Assembly: GCA_020725555.1 (NCBI GenBank)
Contig: DYEU01000018.1
Coordinates: forward strand, 79,113 to 143,112
Direction: 5' to 3'
DNA: 64,000 nt
From: Desulfatibacillum sp.
Lineage (GTDB): Bacteria; Desulfobacterota; Desulfobacteria; Desulfobacterales; SpSt-501
Shown here: positions 23,603-33,299 of the stretch, one piece after another
How positions within the stretch are numbered: the first letter of the stretch is position 1
How the letters are laid out: each line of letters opens with the position of its first letter
The notes under the pieces: generated by a model
The model's input: only the letters and a program-made list of their open reading frames with translations
Told to the model about the DNA's origin: nothing
Databases searched by the model: none
Position numbers and translations under genes: made by a program

Positions 23603-24430
23603 ATGGAATCCGTCCTCACCGCCGTGCTCACCCTGGGTGCACTGGCCTTCGCCGCCGGCCTGCTGCTCAGCGTGGCCGCCAAGGTGTTCTACGTCCCGGT
23701 CGACCCGCGGGTGGGGCAGATCGGCGACCTCCTGCCCGGGGCGAACTGCGGCGGCTGCGGCTTCGCGGGCTGCCTGGACCTCGCCGGCGCGATCGTCAGC
23801 GGCCAGACCCCCCCCAACGCCTGCCGCTGCGCCTCGGAGGAAGCCAACCGCCGGATCGCCGCGTTGATCGGCGCGGTGCTCAAGGAGCGGGAGCGCGAGG
23901 TCGCCTGCATCTTCTGCAAGGGGGATGCCGCCCACGCCCGCCTGCGGTTCCGCTACCTCGGCATCGCGGACTGCCGCGCCGCCGAGCTCGTCGCGGGGGG
24001 CGACAAGGCCTGCGCCTACGGGTGCTTGGGCTTGGGCACGTGCGTCAACGCCTGCATCTTCGGCGCCCTGCGGATGGGCGAGGACGGCCTCCCCGTGGTC
24101 AACCCCGACCGCTGCACGGCCTGCGGGGCCTGCGTGCGCATCTGCCCGCGGCGGATCCCGCGCCTGGTGCCCGTTTCCCAAAAAGCGATCGCCTTCTGCT
24201 CCTCCCACGACCCGGGCAAGGTGGTCAAGGAGGTCTGCACGGTGGGCTGCATCGCCTGCGGCCTGTGCAAGAAGGTCTGCCCCGAAAACGCGATCGAGAT
24301 CGTCTCGCTGCTCGCCGTCGTGGACCCGGCGAAATGCACCGGCTGCGGGAAGTGCTTTGAGAAATGCCCGACCGGGATCATCCGGCCGGCCTCGGGCGAG
24401 GCCCCCGCCCGCCGTCAGGCCGCCGCCTGA
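23603..24430 (+). CDS. rnfB: Rnf complex subunit B (polyferredoxin)
   Basis: N-terminal anchor, LPGANCGGCGFAGC motif, several CxxCxxCxxxCP clusters. Confidence 0.9.
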   Translation: MESVLTAVLTLGALAFAAGLLLSVAAKVFYVPVDPRVGQIGDLLPGANCGGCGFAGCLDLAGAIVSGQTPPNACRCASEEANRRIAALIGAVLKEREREVACIFCKGDAAHARLRFRYLGIADCRAAELVAGGDKACAYGCLGLGTCVNACIFGALRMGEDGLPVVNPDRCTACGACVRICPRRIPRLVPVSQKAIAFCSSHDPGKVVKEVCTVGCIACGLCKKVCPENAIEIVSLLAVVDPAKCTGCGKCFEKCPTGIIRPASGEAPARRQAAA

Positions 24431-24454
24431 CGGCCTGAGCCGGGGCAGACCGCG

Positions 24455-24925
24455 ATGGAGCCCCCCGTTTCCTCCCACCCCGCCGACGAAGAGCGCAAGG
24501 CCGGGGAGGTGCTCGCCCTCGAGGGGTCGCGGGCGCGCGTCAAGCTGCGCCGCGGGGAGGGATGCGCCGCCTGCTCCTGCGCCGCCTTCTGCAGCCCGTT
24601 CGGCAAAGACTGGATGGTCGTGAGCGCCGCAAACCCCCTGCGCGCCGGGGTCGGCGACGAGGTCGAAGTCGTCTACCGGGCGGCCGGCAGGACGCGGGCC
24701 GTCGTTCTGCTCTATCTGCTGCCGCTCGCCGCCCTGCTCGCCGGCGCCGTCCTCGGCCAGGCGAGTGCCTTCCTGGGGGACCCCGACCTCTCGGCCGCGG
24801 CGGGCGGCCTTGCGGCAACGGCGGCCTGCTTTCTCCTCCTGCGCCGCTATTCCCGGCGCCGGCTGGAGCGCGACCCGGCCTTCTTCCCCGTGATCGTGGC
24901 GATCCTGAAACCCGCCGCCGGCTGA
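24455..24925 (+). CDS. rseC: RseC/MucC-family (SoxR-reducing system) membrane protein
   Basis: 156 aa; Cys cluster GCAACSCAAFC followed by two hydrophobic helices. Position directly after rnfB. Confidence 0.7.
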   Translation: MEPPVSSHPADEERKAGEVLALEGSRARVKLRRGEGCAACSCAAFCSPFGKDWMVVSAANPLRAGVGDEVEVVYRAAGRTRAVVLLYLLPLAALLAGAVLGQASAFLGDPDLSAAAGGLAATAACFLLLRRYSRRRLERDPAFFPVIVAILKPAAG

Positions 24926-24956
24926 CCCCGCGGTTTCCCCCGGCCCCGCCTTGCGC

Positions 24957-26261
24957 TCAGAGGAACTTCGCCAGCCCCGCGTAATCGGGGGTGAGCGCCC
25001 CGCGGTGGGCGATGACGGCGCGCCTGAGCTCGGGCGGAAGGCGCCAGGCGGCGAAGTCCCCGCGGGGGTCGCTTTGCGCGAGGGCGGGCAGAAGACCGCT
25101 CAGGACACGGCTGAAATCGGTCGAGGATTCGCGCGGGATTTCCGCGGGCAGGATGTCCACGGCCATGACCACCGGGCCCCGGCCCCGCACCCCCTCGCGC
25201 ACGGCCCCGGTCTCGGGCTCGTAGACGTAGAGAGGATCCCCGGGGTCGGTCGCCCGCAGCGTGCACTCCACCGCGCCCCTCACGTCGCAGCTGATGTCCC
25301 CGATCACGCGCAGCCGGGGCCCGGGCCCCGGCCCCCAGAGCCGGCGGCAGCCCTCGAGAGTGAGCAGCCGGGGATAGCGGGCATCCCAGTAGACGCCGTT
25401 CACCCAGACGACGAGCTGCGGGAGGAAGGACTCGAAGACGCTCCGGTAGCCCTCGGCCCCGCGGCGGTAGTAGTCGGCGAGGTCGAAGGGCTCCCCGGAC
25501 GTCTTCGGCACGAAGAGGTCCTCCTCGGCGAAGACCGCCTTGTAGATCCGGCGCGGGTCCGCAAAACGGGAGGGGTCGCCCGCCAGCAACTCCTCCGGCC
25601 GGATCTCGTCCACGGGGAACCGATCGAGGATCTCCTGCGCCCCGCGGGAGACGTTCCCCGTCCCGGTGAAGCCCACGACCAGCGGGTGCACCTCGGGGGG
25701 GACCCCGCGCGCGGCGACGGCCCGGGCCGCTTTCCGCAGATCCTCGTCCGCCGCGTCGAGATCCGCGTAGGTGCGGGCCTGCCGCAGCGCGGCGAAGGGC
25801 GAGGGGATCTGCTCCTCCGCCAGCCGCAACCCGAGCGCCCACAGGGAGTTGATCATCCCCGCCAGGCCGGCGTGCCGGCCGAAGAAAATCAGGCGTCGGT
25901 TGTGTTCGTCCACGATGCGCTCGTAGTCGACGAGCGTCGCCCCCTGCTCCAGGATGCGCCGCAGCATGGGCATGTTGGCGGCCTGGCCCTTGATGACGTG
26001 CGGGAAGAAGAGGTAGGTCTTCCCCGGCTCGATCTTCTCCGGGGGGATCTCCTTGATCCCGACGATCACCTCGCAGTCGGCGAGCGACTCCTGGACGGGA
26101 ACCCCCGCCGCGCGATACTCCGCGTCGGCAAACGCCCTGCGGGCGCTCGACTGCACGACGACCTCGAGCCCCGCCGCCCGGAGACGGGCGGCGTCGGCGG
26201 GAACGAGAGGGGTTCTTCGCTCCCACGGTCCCTTGTCTTCGCTGCGGATTCCGATCTTCAT
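24957..26261 (-). CDS. lysine-ketoglutarate-reductase / saccharopine dehydrogenase (LOR/SDH, AlaDH-PNT-like) family protein
   Basis: Last 434 codons of ORF 24957..27674: MKIGIRSEDKGPWERRTPLVP...VIVGIKEIP...LFFPHVIKGQ..NMP. ATGA-type 4-nt overlap with the upstream gene. Confidence 0.75.
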   Translation of the reverse strand: MKIGIRSEDKGPWERRTPLVPADAARLRAAGLEVVVQSSARRAFADAEYRAAGVPVQESLADCEVIVGIKEIPPEKIEPGKTYLFFPHVIKGQAANMPMLRRILEQGATLVDYERIVDEHNRRLIFFGRHAGLAGMINSLWALGLRLAEEQIPSPFAALRQARTYADLDAADEDLRKAARAVAARGVPPEVHPLVVGFTGTGNVSRGAQEILDRFPVDEIRPEELLAGDPSRFADPRRIYKAVFAEEDLFVPKTSGEPFDLADYYRRGAEGYRSVFESFLPQLVVWVNGVYWDARYPRLLTLEGCRRLWGPGPGPRLRVIGDISCDVRGAVECTLRATDPGDPLYVYEPETGAVREGVRGRGPVVMAVDILPAEIPRESSTDFSRVLSGLLPALAQSDPRGDFAAWRLPPELRRAVIAHRGALTPDYAGLAKFL

Positions 26262-27679
26262 CCCTCGAGACTCCCCGTTCCGCCGCCCTCCGCATCGGGA
26301 GGCGCGGACAGCAGTTCCGCGAGCGCGGCCGCCCCCTCCCGGGGGACGGCGCCCACCGCGGCCAGCACCGCCTCCTGCCTCGCGGCCGAAAAGCAGCCGC
26401 GGCTCAAGTGGCGGAATTTCGCGATCAAGGCCGCGCGGTCCATCGGCCGCGCGGGGTCCCCCGCGGGATGGCGGCAGAGGCGGGCATGGGATCGGCCGCC
26501 GGCGCGCACGAGAACCCGTGCCGCGGTCTCCGCCGGGAAACCCCGGTCGAGCTCGGGGTCGACCCGCAGCGAAACGCGGGAGGCGAGGGCGACCGCCCCC
26601 GGGTGGTGGAGGCTTCCCTCGCGGATCGGCAGCAGGGCCTCCCGCCCCTCCGCCGCGAGCAGCCCGAGGCCGAAGGGTAGGCTGTACTGGGCCGCCTCGA
26701 CGGTGACGGGATCGATCTCGTTGGTCAGCCGCAGGGCGCGCTCGAAGGTGTGGACCTCGACCGATTCGAGGTCCTCGGCCGCGAGGCCCTCCTCGCGCAT
26801 CACCGTCTCCAGGGCCTCGAGCGCCGCGTGGGCCCAGCGGCAGCAGCCGTAGGGCTTGAAATAGACGCCCTCGACGGCGAAGCCCCGGCCCAGCCCCGCG
26901 CGGATGCGGCGGGCGTCGAAGTGGTCCGGGTGATCCAGGATGTCGAGGGGGCCGGTGAACCCGGAGGCGGCGAGCTCCGTCGCCCACAAGCCGGTCAGCA
27001 CCGACCAGGGGATGCCTTCCTTGGCATGGTTGCCCATGAACCGGCTGTAGCCCGCGGCGGAGAGCCCGGGGGAGAGAACCCCGGCCACGGACAGGGCCTC
27101 GGCCGTCCGCCGGCGGTCGAGCCCCCGCAGGCGGCAGGCGGCCGCAGCCGCGCCGTAGGCGCCCCAGCGGCCCGTCGATAGGGTGTCGAGCCGGGCGAAA
27201 TCCCGCGCCGCAGCGACGCGCACGCCGACCTCGTAGCCTGCGGCGATCGCCGCGAGGGTGTCCGGCGCCGGCGAGGCGCTCTCCTGGGCGACGGCGATCA
27301 CGGCGGGCAGCACGGCCGCCCCGGGGTGCCCGCCGGCGGCGCGGTGGCCGTCGTCGAGGTCGAGGGCGCTCGCCGCGGCGCTGTTGGCGAAGGCGGCGGC
27401 GGCGGCTTCGCGGCGGCCGCCCCCGAACCAGAGCCCGGCCGCACCCGGTGCCCCGAGCCGCGCCGCGGTGCGGCGGGCGATTTCGGCCGCGGCCGTCGCC
27501 CGGCCCGCGGCCGCGGCGCCGGCCAGGTCGATCAGGCAGTCGCCGATCTTCTCCCGCACCGGCGCCGGGATCTCCTCCCCCCGCAGCGAAAGGGCGTAGT
27601 CGGCGAGAACCTCCGTCGTCCAGCCGCCCCGTTCCGTCGCGCCGCGGGCCGCGGCTTCGGGAGCGGTCATGCAATCCAC
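26258..27679 (-). CDS. MmgE/PrpD family protein
   Basis: 473 aa; ...ANSAAASALDLDDGHRAAGGHPGAAVLPAV and ...FKPYGCCRWAH blocks typical of the family. Confidence 0.8.
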   Translation of the reverse strand: MDCMTAPEAAARGATERGGWTTEVLADYALSLRGEEIPAPVREKIGDCLIDLAGAAAAGRATAAAEIARRTAARLGAPGAAGLWFGGGRREAAAAAFANSAAASALDLDDGHRAAGGHPGAAVLPAVIAVAQESASPAPDTLAAIAAGYEVGVRVAAARDFARLDTLSTGRWGAYGAAAAACRLRGLDRRRTAEALSVAGVLSPGLSAAGYSRFMGNHAKEGIPWSVLTGLWATELAASGFTGPLDILDHPDHFDARRIRAGLGRGFAVEGVYFKPYGCCRWAHAALEALETVMREEGLAAEDLESVEVHTFERALRLTNEIDPVTVEAAQYSLPFGLGLLAAEGREALLPIREGSLHHPGAVALASRVSLRVDPELDRGFPAETAARVLVRAGGRSHARLCRHPAGDPARPMDRAALIAKFRHLSRGCFSAARQEAVLAAVGAVPREGAAALAELLSAPPDAEGGGTGSLEG

Positions 27680-28842
27680 CGTTCGAAGCGCATGCCGCGG
27701 GCCTCCAGCTCCCGCAGCACCTCGCGGGCGGGGACGTCGCGCACCGGGTTCAAGACACCCGCACCCGCGATCCGTCCCTCCAGGATCATCCGCGCGGCAA
27801 TCGCCGTCGTGAACCCCACGGTGCGGTTCATGGCGAAGAGGCCCGTCTCGAGGTCCCGGGTGTCGATCAGCTGGTGGACCACGCGCCGCGGCCGGCCGTC
27901 CTTCGTCCCCCAGGCCTCCACGCGCAGGATGACGAGGTCACGCTCGTCGTCGCGGAACTGCAGGCGCGGGGTCAGGTGCTCGACGACGAAACGCCGCGGG
28001 GAGATCGCCGCCCCGGCGATCGTTTCCGGCGTCTCGTCCAGGAAGCCGAGCTCGGCCATGACCCACCAGAAGTCGTTGTGCCCCGGCCAGCGCATGGCGA
28101 AGCGGCCCATCTCGCGCAGCTCCGGGCCCAGCCCGAAGAGCCCGATGTAGCGCAACGCATCGCCGTTGTAGTAGGCGTCGAGCTCGCCCACACCCTCGAC
28201 GACCAGGCGGTGGCGGTGTTCCGGCCGCAGCACGTGGCCCGCGGGGATCGCGCCCTCGATCCCGTCGCGCAAAAACCTCGCGGGGCGCATGTAGGCCTTG
28301 AGAACGCCCTCGAAGGTCCAGCTGATCTTGTAGCCGATGGGGTTGTCGCGGGCGCAGCCGGGCTCGGGGAGGCCCGCCCCGTAGGAGCGCATGCCGTGGA
28401 CGCCATCGAGTTCCTCGAGCGCCAGCCGGCCGAGCAGCAGGTCGATCCCCGGGTCCATGCCCATCTCCGGGAGGAGAGGGACCCCGCGCCGGCGCGCCTC
28501 CTCGTCCAGCTCCGCAACCGCCCCCGTGTAGCTCGAGCTCGTATAGGGGGTCCCCTCCTCCAGCGCGGCGGCGGCGACCGCGGGCTGGAAATCGGGCGGC
28601 AGCATGTTGACCACGACCCCCGGCCGGACCTCCCGGATCAGCCGCCGCAAGGCCTCCCCGTCCGCGGCGTCCAGGGGGACCACCCGGGTGCGGCGGAACC
28701 CCCGCCGCGCGGCGTGGGCGGCCGCCCTCTCCCAGGCGGCCTCGGCGACGACGATGCGCACGGGGGCGCTCCAGCGTTCGAGGTCCTCGACGACGGCCTT
28801 GCCCTGAAGGCCCATTCCCAAGACGAGCACGGTGTGCTCCAT
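27667..28842 (-). CDS. saccharopine dehydrogenase (Sacchrp_dh NADP-binding/C-terminal) family protein
   Basis: MEHTVLVLGMGLQGKAV Rossmann start; ...PEMGMDPGIDLLL...IGYKISWTFEGVL. Confidence 0.8.
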   Translation of the reverse strand: MEHTVLVLGMGLQGKAVVEDLERWSAPVRIVVAEAAWERAAAHAARRGFRRTRVVPLDAADGEALRRLIREVRPGVVVNMLPPDFQPAVAAAALEEGTPYTSSSYTGAVAELDEEARRRGVPLLPEMGMDPGIDLLLGRLALEELDGVHGMRSYGAGLPEPGCARDNPIGYKISWTFEGVLKAYMRPARFLRDGIEGAIPAGHVLRPEHRHRLVVEGVGELDAYYNGDALRYIGLFGLGPELREMGRFAMRWPGHNDFWWVMAELGFLDETPETIAGAAISPRRFVVEHLTPRLQFRDDERDLVILRVEAWGTKDGRPRRVVHQLIDTRDLETGLFAMNRTVGFTTAIAARMILEGRIAGAGVLNPVRDVPAREVLRELEARGMRFERWIA

Positions 28843-28864
28843 GGCGTTTTGCCCCTCCTGATCC

Positions 28865-29773
28865 TCAGCGGGGGATGTTCCGCAGGCGTGGGTCGAGGGC
28901 GTCCCGCAGCCCGTCCCCCAGCAGGTTGATCGCGAGGATGGTCAGCATGATCGCCAGCCCCGGCAGCGTGACCAGCCACCAGGCGTCGGTGATGTAGACC
29001 CGCCCCTCGGCGAGCATGCGGCCCCAGGTCGGCATCGGGGGCGGGACCCCCATGCCGAGAAAGGAAAGCCCGCTCTCCCAGATGATGATGTTCGCAACCC
29101 GCACCGTCCCCAACACGAGGACGGGCGAGAGCACGTTGGGGAAGATGTGGCGCCTGAGGATCACGCGGTTGGGGGTCCCGACGCTGCGCGCGGCGGTGAC
29201 GAACTCCTTCTCCTTGATGCTGAGCACGCTCCCCCGCACCGTGCGGGCGTAGGTGACCCAGTCGGAGAGCCCCAGGACCAGGATCAGGTTGAGGATCGAG
29301 TTGCCGAGGACGGCGATCACGGAGATCGTGAGCAGCATGAAGGGGTAGGCCATGAAGACGTCGGCCACGCGCATGATCAGGCTGTCGAGGCGCCCGCCGT
29401 AATAGCCCGAAAGCAGCCCGAGCAGGATCCCCGAACCGCAGGCGACCAGCACCGCGGCGAAGCCGACGAAGAGGCTCACGCGGCTGCCGTGGAGGATGCG
29501 CACGAGGACGTCGCGGCCGAGGTTGTCGGTCCCCAGGGGGTGGGCGAGGCTGCCGCCCTCCTGCCAGCAGGGGGGGGTCAGCCGCGCGAGCAGGTCCTGG
29601 GCCAGCGGGTCGGCGGCGGTGAACCAGGGAAACAGGAGGCTGGTCGCGAGGATGGCGAGCAGCAGCCCGCCGCCGATCACGGCCCCGGGCGAACGGCCGA
29701 GCGCCCGGAGGGTTTCCCCCCACAGGCGCAGGCTCTCGGCCCCCTCGAGCATCCGGCCTGCCGCGGCGCTCAC
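28865..29773 (-). CDS. ABC transporter permease (DppC/OppC type)
   Basis: ...HPLGTDNLGRDVLVRILHGSR... GTG 29773 gives a GTGA overlap with the upstream permease stop; ATG 29752 is the alternative. Confidence 0.85.
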   Translation of the reverse strand: MSAAAGRMLEGAESLRLWGETLRALGRSPGAVIGGGLLLAILATSLLFPWFTAADPLAQDLLARLTPPCWQEGGSLAHPLGTDNLGRDVLVRILHGSRVSLFVGFAAVLVACGSGILLGLLSGYYGGRLDSLIMRVADVFMAYPFMLLTISVIAVLGNSILNLILVLGLSDWVTYARTVRGSVLSIKEKEFVTAARSVGTPNRVILRRHIFPNVLSPVLVLGTVRVANIIIWESGLSFLGMGVPPPMPTWGRMLAEGRVYITDAWWLVTLPGLAIMLTILAINLLGDGLRDALDPRLRNIPR

Positions 29774-30696
29774 GATCCGCCCCCGTAGCTGATCTGCGGG
29801 TCGAGGAGCACGTAGAGCAGGTCGACCAGCAGGTTGATCAGGACGAAGAGCACGGCGAGCACGAGGACCGCGGCCTGGACGAGGGGGTAATCCCGGCTGA
29901 AGATGGCCTGCACGACGAGCCGCCCCACCCCCGGCCAGGCGAAGACGGTCTCGATGATCACCGTCCCGCCGATCAGGAACCCGAACTGCATCCCGGCCAC
30001 GGTGACGAGGGGGATGAGGGCGTTTTTGAGCGCGTGCTTGCCGATGACGAGGCGCTCGCGCAGGCCCTTGGCGCGCGCCGTGCGGACGTAATCCTGCCCG
30101 AGCACCTCGAGCATGACCGAGCGCGTGAGCCGCGCGAACATCGCCAGCAGGCTCAGCCCCAGGGCGAGCGCGGGAAGCACGAGCTGGGCGAAGCTTCCGC
30201 GGCCGGAGGTGGGAAACCACCCCAGGTGCACGGAAAAGAGGAGCACCAGCATGATCCCCAGCCAGAAGTGGGGCATGGAAAGCCCGAAGAGCGCGGCCAG
30301 CATGGAGCCGAGATCGAGAAGCGAGCCGCGCCGCACGGCGGCCAGGATGCCGAGGGGGACGGCGACCGCGAGCGCAAAGAGCATCGCCGCCCCGGCGAGC
30401 TCGAGGCTGGCGGGCAGCCGCTCGAAAATGAGGTCCAGGGCGGGCACGCGGTGCACGAGGGAGACCCCGAGGTCCCCCCGCAGGGCGTGACCGGCGAAAC
30501 GCAGGTACTGGACGGCGAGCGGGTCGTTGAAGCCGAGCTGTTCGCGCAGCGTCTCGACCTCCTCCTTCGAGGCGTCCGGCGGCAGCATGAGCAGGACCGG
30601 GTCCCCGGAGAGGTGGATGAAGAAGAAGCTGATGAGGGAAATGCCGACGGCCACGTAGACCGTGTGCCAGAGGCGTTTGAGAATGTACCGTGCCAT
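29770..30696 (-). CDS. ABC transporter permease (DppB/OppB type)
   Basis: MARYILKRLWHTVYVAVGISLISFFFIHLSGDP N-terminus. Confidence 0.88.
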   Translation of the reverse strand: MARYILKRLWHTVYVAVGISLISFFFIHLSGDPVLLMLPPDASKEEVETLREQLGFNDPLAVQYLRFAGHALRGDLGVSLVHRVPALDLIFERLPASLELAGAAMLFALAVAVPLGILAAVRRGSLLDLGSMLAALFGLSMPHFWLGIMLVLLFSVHLGWFPTSGRGSFAQLVLPALALGLSLLAMFARLTRSVMLEVLGQDYVRTARAKGLRERLVIGKHALKNALIPLVTVAGMQFGFLIGGTVIIETVFAWPGVGRLVVQAIFSRDYPLVQAAVLVLAVLFVLINLLVDLLYVLLDPQISYGGGS

Positions 30697-30765
30697 GCGG
30701 TGCGTTTCCGCTGCGACGATCCCGTCCCCGGGGCGGGGTTCGCGCCGCCCCGGGGACGATCGGCG

Positions 30766-32259
30766 TTACTTGCGCGGCCTGGCCGTGCTCATGATGAGGT
30801 AGCCGTCCCGCAGGCCCTTGTACTCCACCGCGTTCGAAACCGCGTAGACCTCGGGGATGACGTAGAGGTAGACCCAGGGCGCGTCCTCATAGAGGAAGCG
30901 GTCGATCTGATGGTATACCTTGGCGCGCTCGGCGGGGTCGAGGGTCGTGCGGCCCTTTTCGAGCAGCCGGTCGACCGTTTCGTTCTTGTAGTAGTAGTCG
31001 CGGCTCTTCGAGTGGAAGAGCGAGTACATGTAGCGGTCGGGCTCGGGGGCGTCGTCCCAGAAGTAGATGAACATCTGGTGCTGGCGGTTCTTGTAGCGCT
31101 CCCACATCACCGCCCGCTCGTAAGGCTCGAGCTTCACGCGGATCCCGATCTTCCCCAGATCGGCGGCGATGGCCTCGGCCTGCTCCTGGATCTGGGGCAT
31201 GTAGGTGCCGTAGGCGAGCCGCGCCTCGAACCCGTTCGGATAGCCCGCCTCGGCGAGGAGCTTCTTCGCCTTTTCGGGGTCGTAGGGGTAGGGCTTGAGC
31301 GTGGGGTCGGCGCCGAAGGTGCGCGGGCTGATCGGGCCGCGGCAAAGGATGGCCTTGCCCTGGAAGAGCGCCTGGTTGATCAGTTCGCGGTTCACGCCGT
31401 GGTTGACGGCCTGCCGCACGCGCACGTCGTTGAAGGGCTTCTCGTAGGTGTTCAGCCCGAGGTAATTCATGGAGCCCATCTGGTCGGTGAGATAGGCTTT
31501 GCCCGAGGCGAGGATCTTCGGCCGCTGGTGCATGGGGATCCCGCTCACGACGTCGGCTTCGCCCGTGAGCAGGGCGGCGATGCGCGAGGCCTCCTCGGGC
31601 ACGCCGCGGAAGATGAGCCGCTTGTAGGCGGGCTTCGGGCCGTAGTACTTCTCGTAGGCGGTCATGACGACCTCCTGGCCCTTGACCCATCGCTCGAGCC
31701 GGTAGGGCCCGCAGCCCACGGGTTTCAGGTTGTACTCGGCGTCCCCCACCTGCTGGACGTACTTCGGCGGCACGATGAAGAGATACTGCGCGAGCATGTA
31801 GAGCCCGGGGGCGTAGGGCTCGGAGGTGGACATCGTGAAGGTCCGCTCGTCGATCACCTCGACCCCCTTGAAGAGGTTCAGCTTGCCGCGGTGCGGGCTC
31901 TTGAGCGCATCGCCCATCAGCCGCTCAAAGGAAAACTTGACCGCCGCGGCGTCGATCGGCTCGCCGTTGTGGAAGGTCGCCCCCTTCACCAGGGTGAATT
32001 TCCAGGTGAGGTCGTTCAGCTTCTCCCATTTCTCGACCAGACCCGGCTTGACGGTCGCGTCCTCCTGGGGTTTGAGGATCGTGTCGTGGAGGTTGTAGCC
32101 GACGCTCATCGTGGTCTGGATGGAACTCTGCATGATGTCCAGGCCGACGGGCTCGGCCTCCTGCACGACGACGAGCGTGTCCGGGTCCTTGGCCGCCGCG
32201 GGCTGAACCGCAAGGGCCGCGGCCCAGAGAACCGCCAGAATGATTGCCGTCTTGCGCAT
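30766..32259 (-). CDS. ABC transporter substrate-binding protein, family 5 (peptide/nickel/opine type)
   Basis: 497 aa, signal peptide MRKTAIILAVLWAAALAVQPAAA, family-5 length and blocks. Confidence 0.85.
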   Translation of the reverse strand: MRKTAIILAVLWAAALAVQPAAAKDPDTLVVVQEAEPVGLDIMQSSIQTTMSVGYNLHDTILKPQEDATVKPGLVEKWEKLNDLTWKFTLVKGATFHNGEPIDAAAVKFSFERLMGDALKSPHRGKLNLFKGVEVIDERTFTMSTSEPYAPGLYMLAQYLFIVPPKYVQQVGDAEYNLKPVGCGPYRLERWVKGQEVVMTAYEKYYGPKPAYKRLIFRGVPEEASRIAALLTGEADVVSGIPMHQRPKILASGKAYLTDQMGSMNYLGLNTYEKPFNDVRVRQAVNHGVNRELINQALFQGKAILCRGPISPRTFGADPTLKPYPYDPEKAKKLLAEAGYPNGFEARLAYGTYMPQIQEQAEAIAADLGKIGIRVKLEPYERAVMWERYKNRQHQMFIYFWDDAPEPDRYMYSLFHSKSRDYYYKNETVDRLLEKGRTTLDPAERAKVYHQIDRFLYEDAPWVYLYVIPEVYAVSNAVEYKGLRDGYLIMSTARPRK

Positions 32260-33299
32260 CAGGTCCTCCTCTCTTCAGGGGTTGGGGGTGAGGCGCCCGG
32301 CTCGGGCGCCGGGGAAACGGTCTCTCCCGGCGGGGAGCCGCCGTAGAGGTGGCAGCAGACGATCCGGCCGTCGGCCGGTCGGCGCGGCCGGGGGTCCTCC
32401 TCGCGGCAGACGGCCAACGCCTCGGGGCAGCGCGGGTGGAAGCGGCAGCCCGGAGGGGGGTCGATCGGCGAGGGGACGTCCCCCGGCAGCAGGATCCGTG
32501 TTCGCCTGCGGCGCGGGTCGGGAACGGGCACGGCCGAGAGCAGGGCGCGCGTGTAAGGGTGGAGGGGGTTCTCGTAGAGCTCCCGCACCGGCGCCGTTTC
32601 CACGATCCGGCCGAGGTACATGACCCCCACGCGGTGGCTCACGTAGCGGACGACCGCGAGGTCGTGCGAGATGAAGAGCAGCGAGATCCCGAAGCGCCGC
32701 TGGAGCTTGACGATGAGGTTGAGGATCTGGGCGCGCACGGAGACATCGAGCGCCGAGACCGGCTCGTCGCCGACCACCAGCCGCGGCCGCAGCATGAGCG
32801 CCCGCGCGATGCCGATCCGCTGGCGCTGCCCGCCCGAGAACTCGTGGGGGAAGCGGCGCCGGTGCTCCGGGTGCAGCCCCACCACCTCGAGCATCTCCGC
32901 GACCCGCTCGCGCCGCTCGGCGGCGGAGAGCCGTTCGTGGTTGAGCAGCGGCTCCTCCAGGGTGCGCTCGACCGTGAGCCGCGGGTTCAGGGAGCCGAAG
33001 GGGTCCTGGAAGACGATCTGCATCTCGCGCCGCATCCGGCGCAGCCCCTCGGGGTCGAGGGCGAGAACGTTTCGACCGCGGAACCACACGCGGCCCGCGG
33101 TGGGCTCGATCAGCCGCAGAACGGCGAAGCCCGTGGTCGACTTGCCGCACCCCGACTCGCCGACGAGGGCGTAGGTCTCGTTCGGCGCGATCGCGAAGCT
33201 CACCCCGTCGACGGCGTGCACGCGGGCCCCCCGGCCGCCCCACCCCCGGCGCACCCGGTAGTGCTTGACGAGCCCCTCCACGCGCAAGAGCTCATCCAT
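32259..33299 (-). CDS. ABC transporter ATP-binding protein (DppF/OppF type)
   Basis: Walker [18 protein letters not shown]-type signature FSGGQRQRIGIARAL, C-terminal oligopeptide-type extension. Confidence 0.88.
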   Translation of the reverse strand: MDELLRVEGLVKHYRVRRGWGGRGARVHAVDGVSFAIAPNETYALVGESGCGKSTTGFAVLRLIEPTAGRVWFRGRNVLALDPEGLRRMRREMQIVFQDPFGSLNPRLTVERTLEEPLLNHERLSAAERRERVAEMLEVVGLHPEHRRRFPHEFSGGQRQRIGIARALMLRPRLVVGDEPVSALDVSVRAQILNLIVKLQRRFGISLLFISHDLAVVRYVSHRVGVMYLGRIVETAPVRELYENPLHPYTRALLSAVPVPDPRRRRTRILLPGDVPSPIDPPPGCRFHPRCPEALAVCREEDPRPRRPADGRIVCCHLYGGSPPGETVSPAPEPGASPPTPEERRT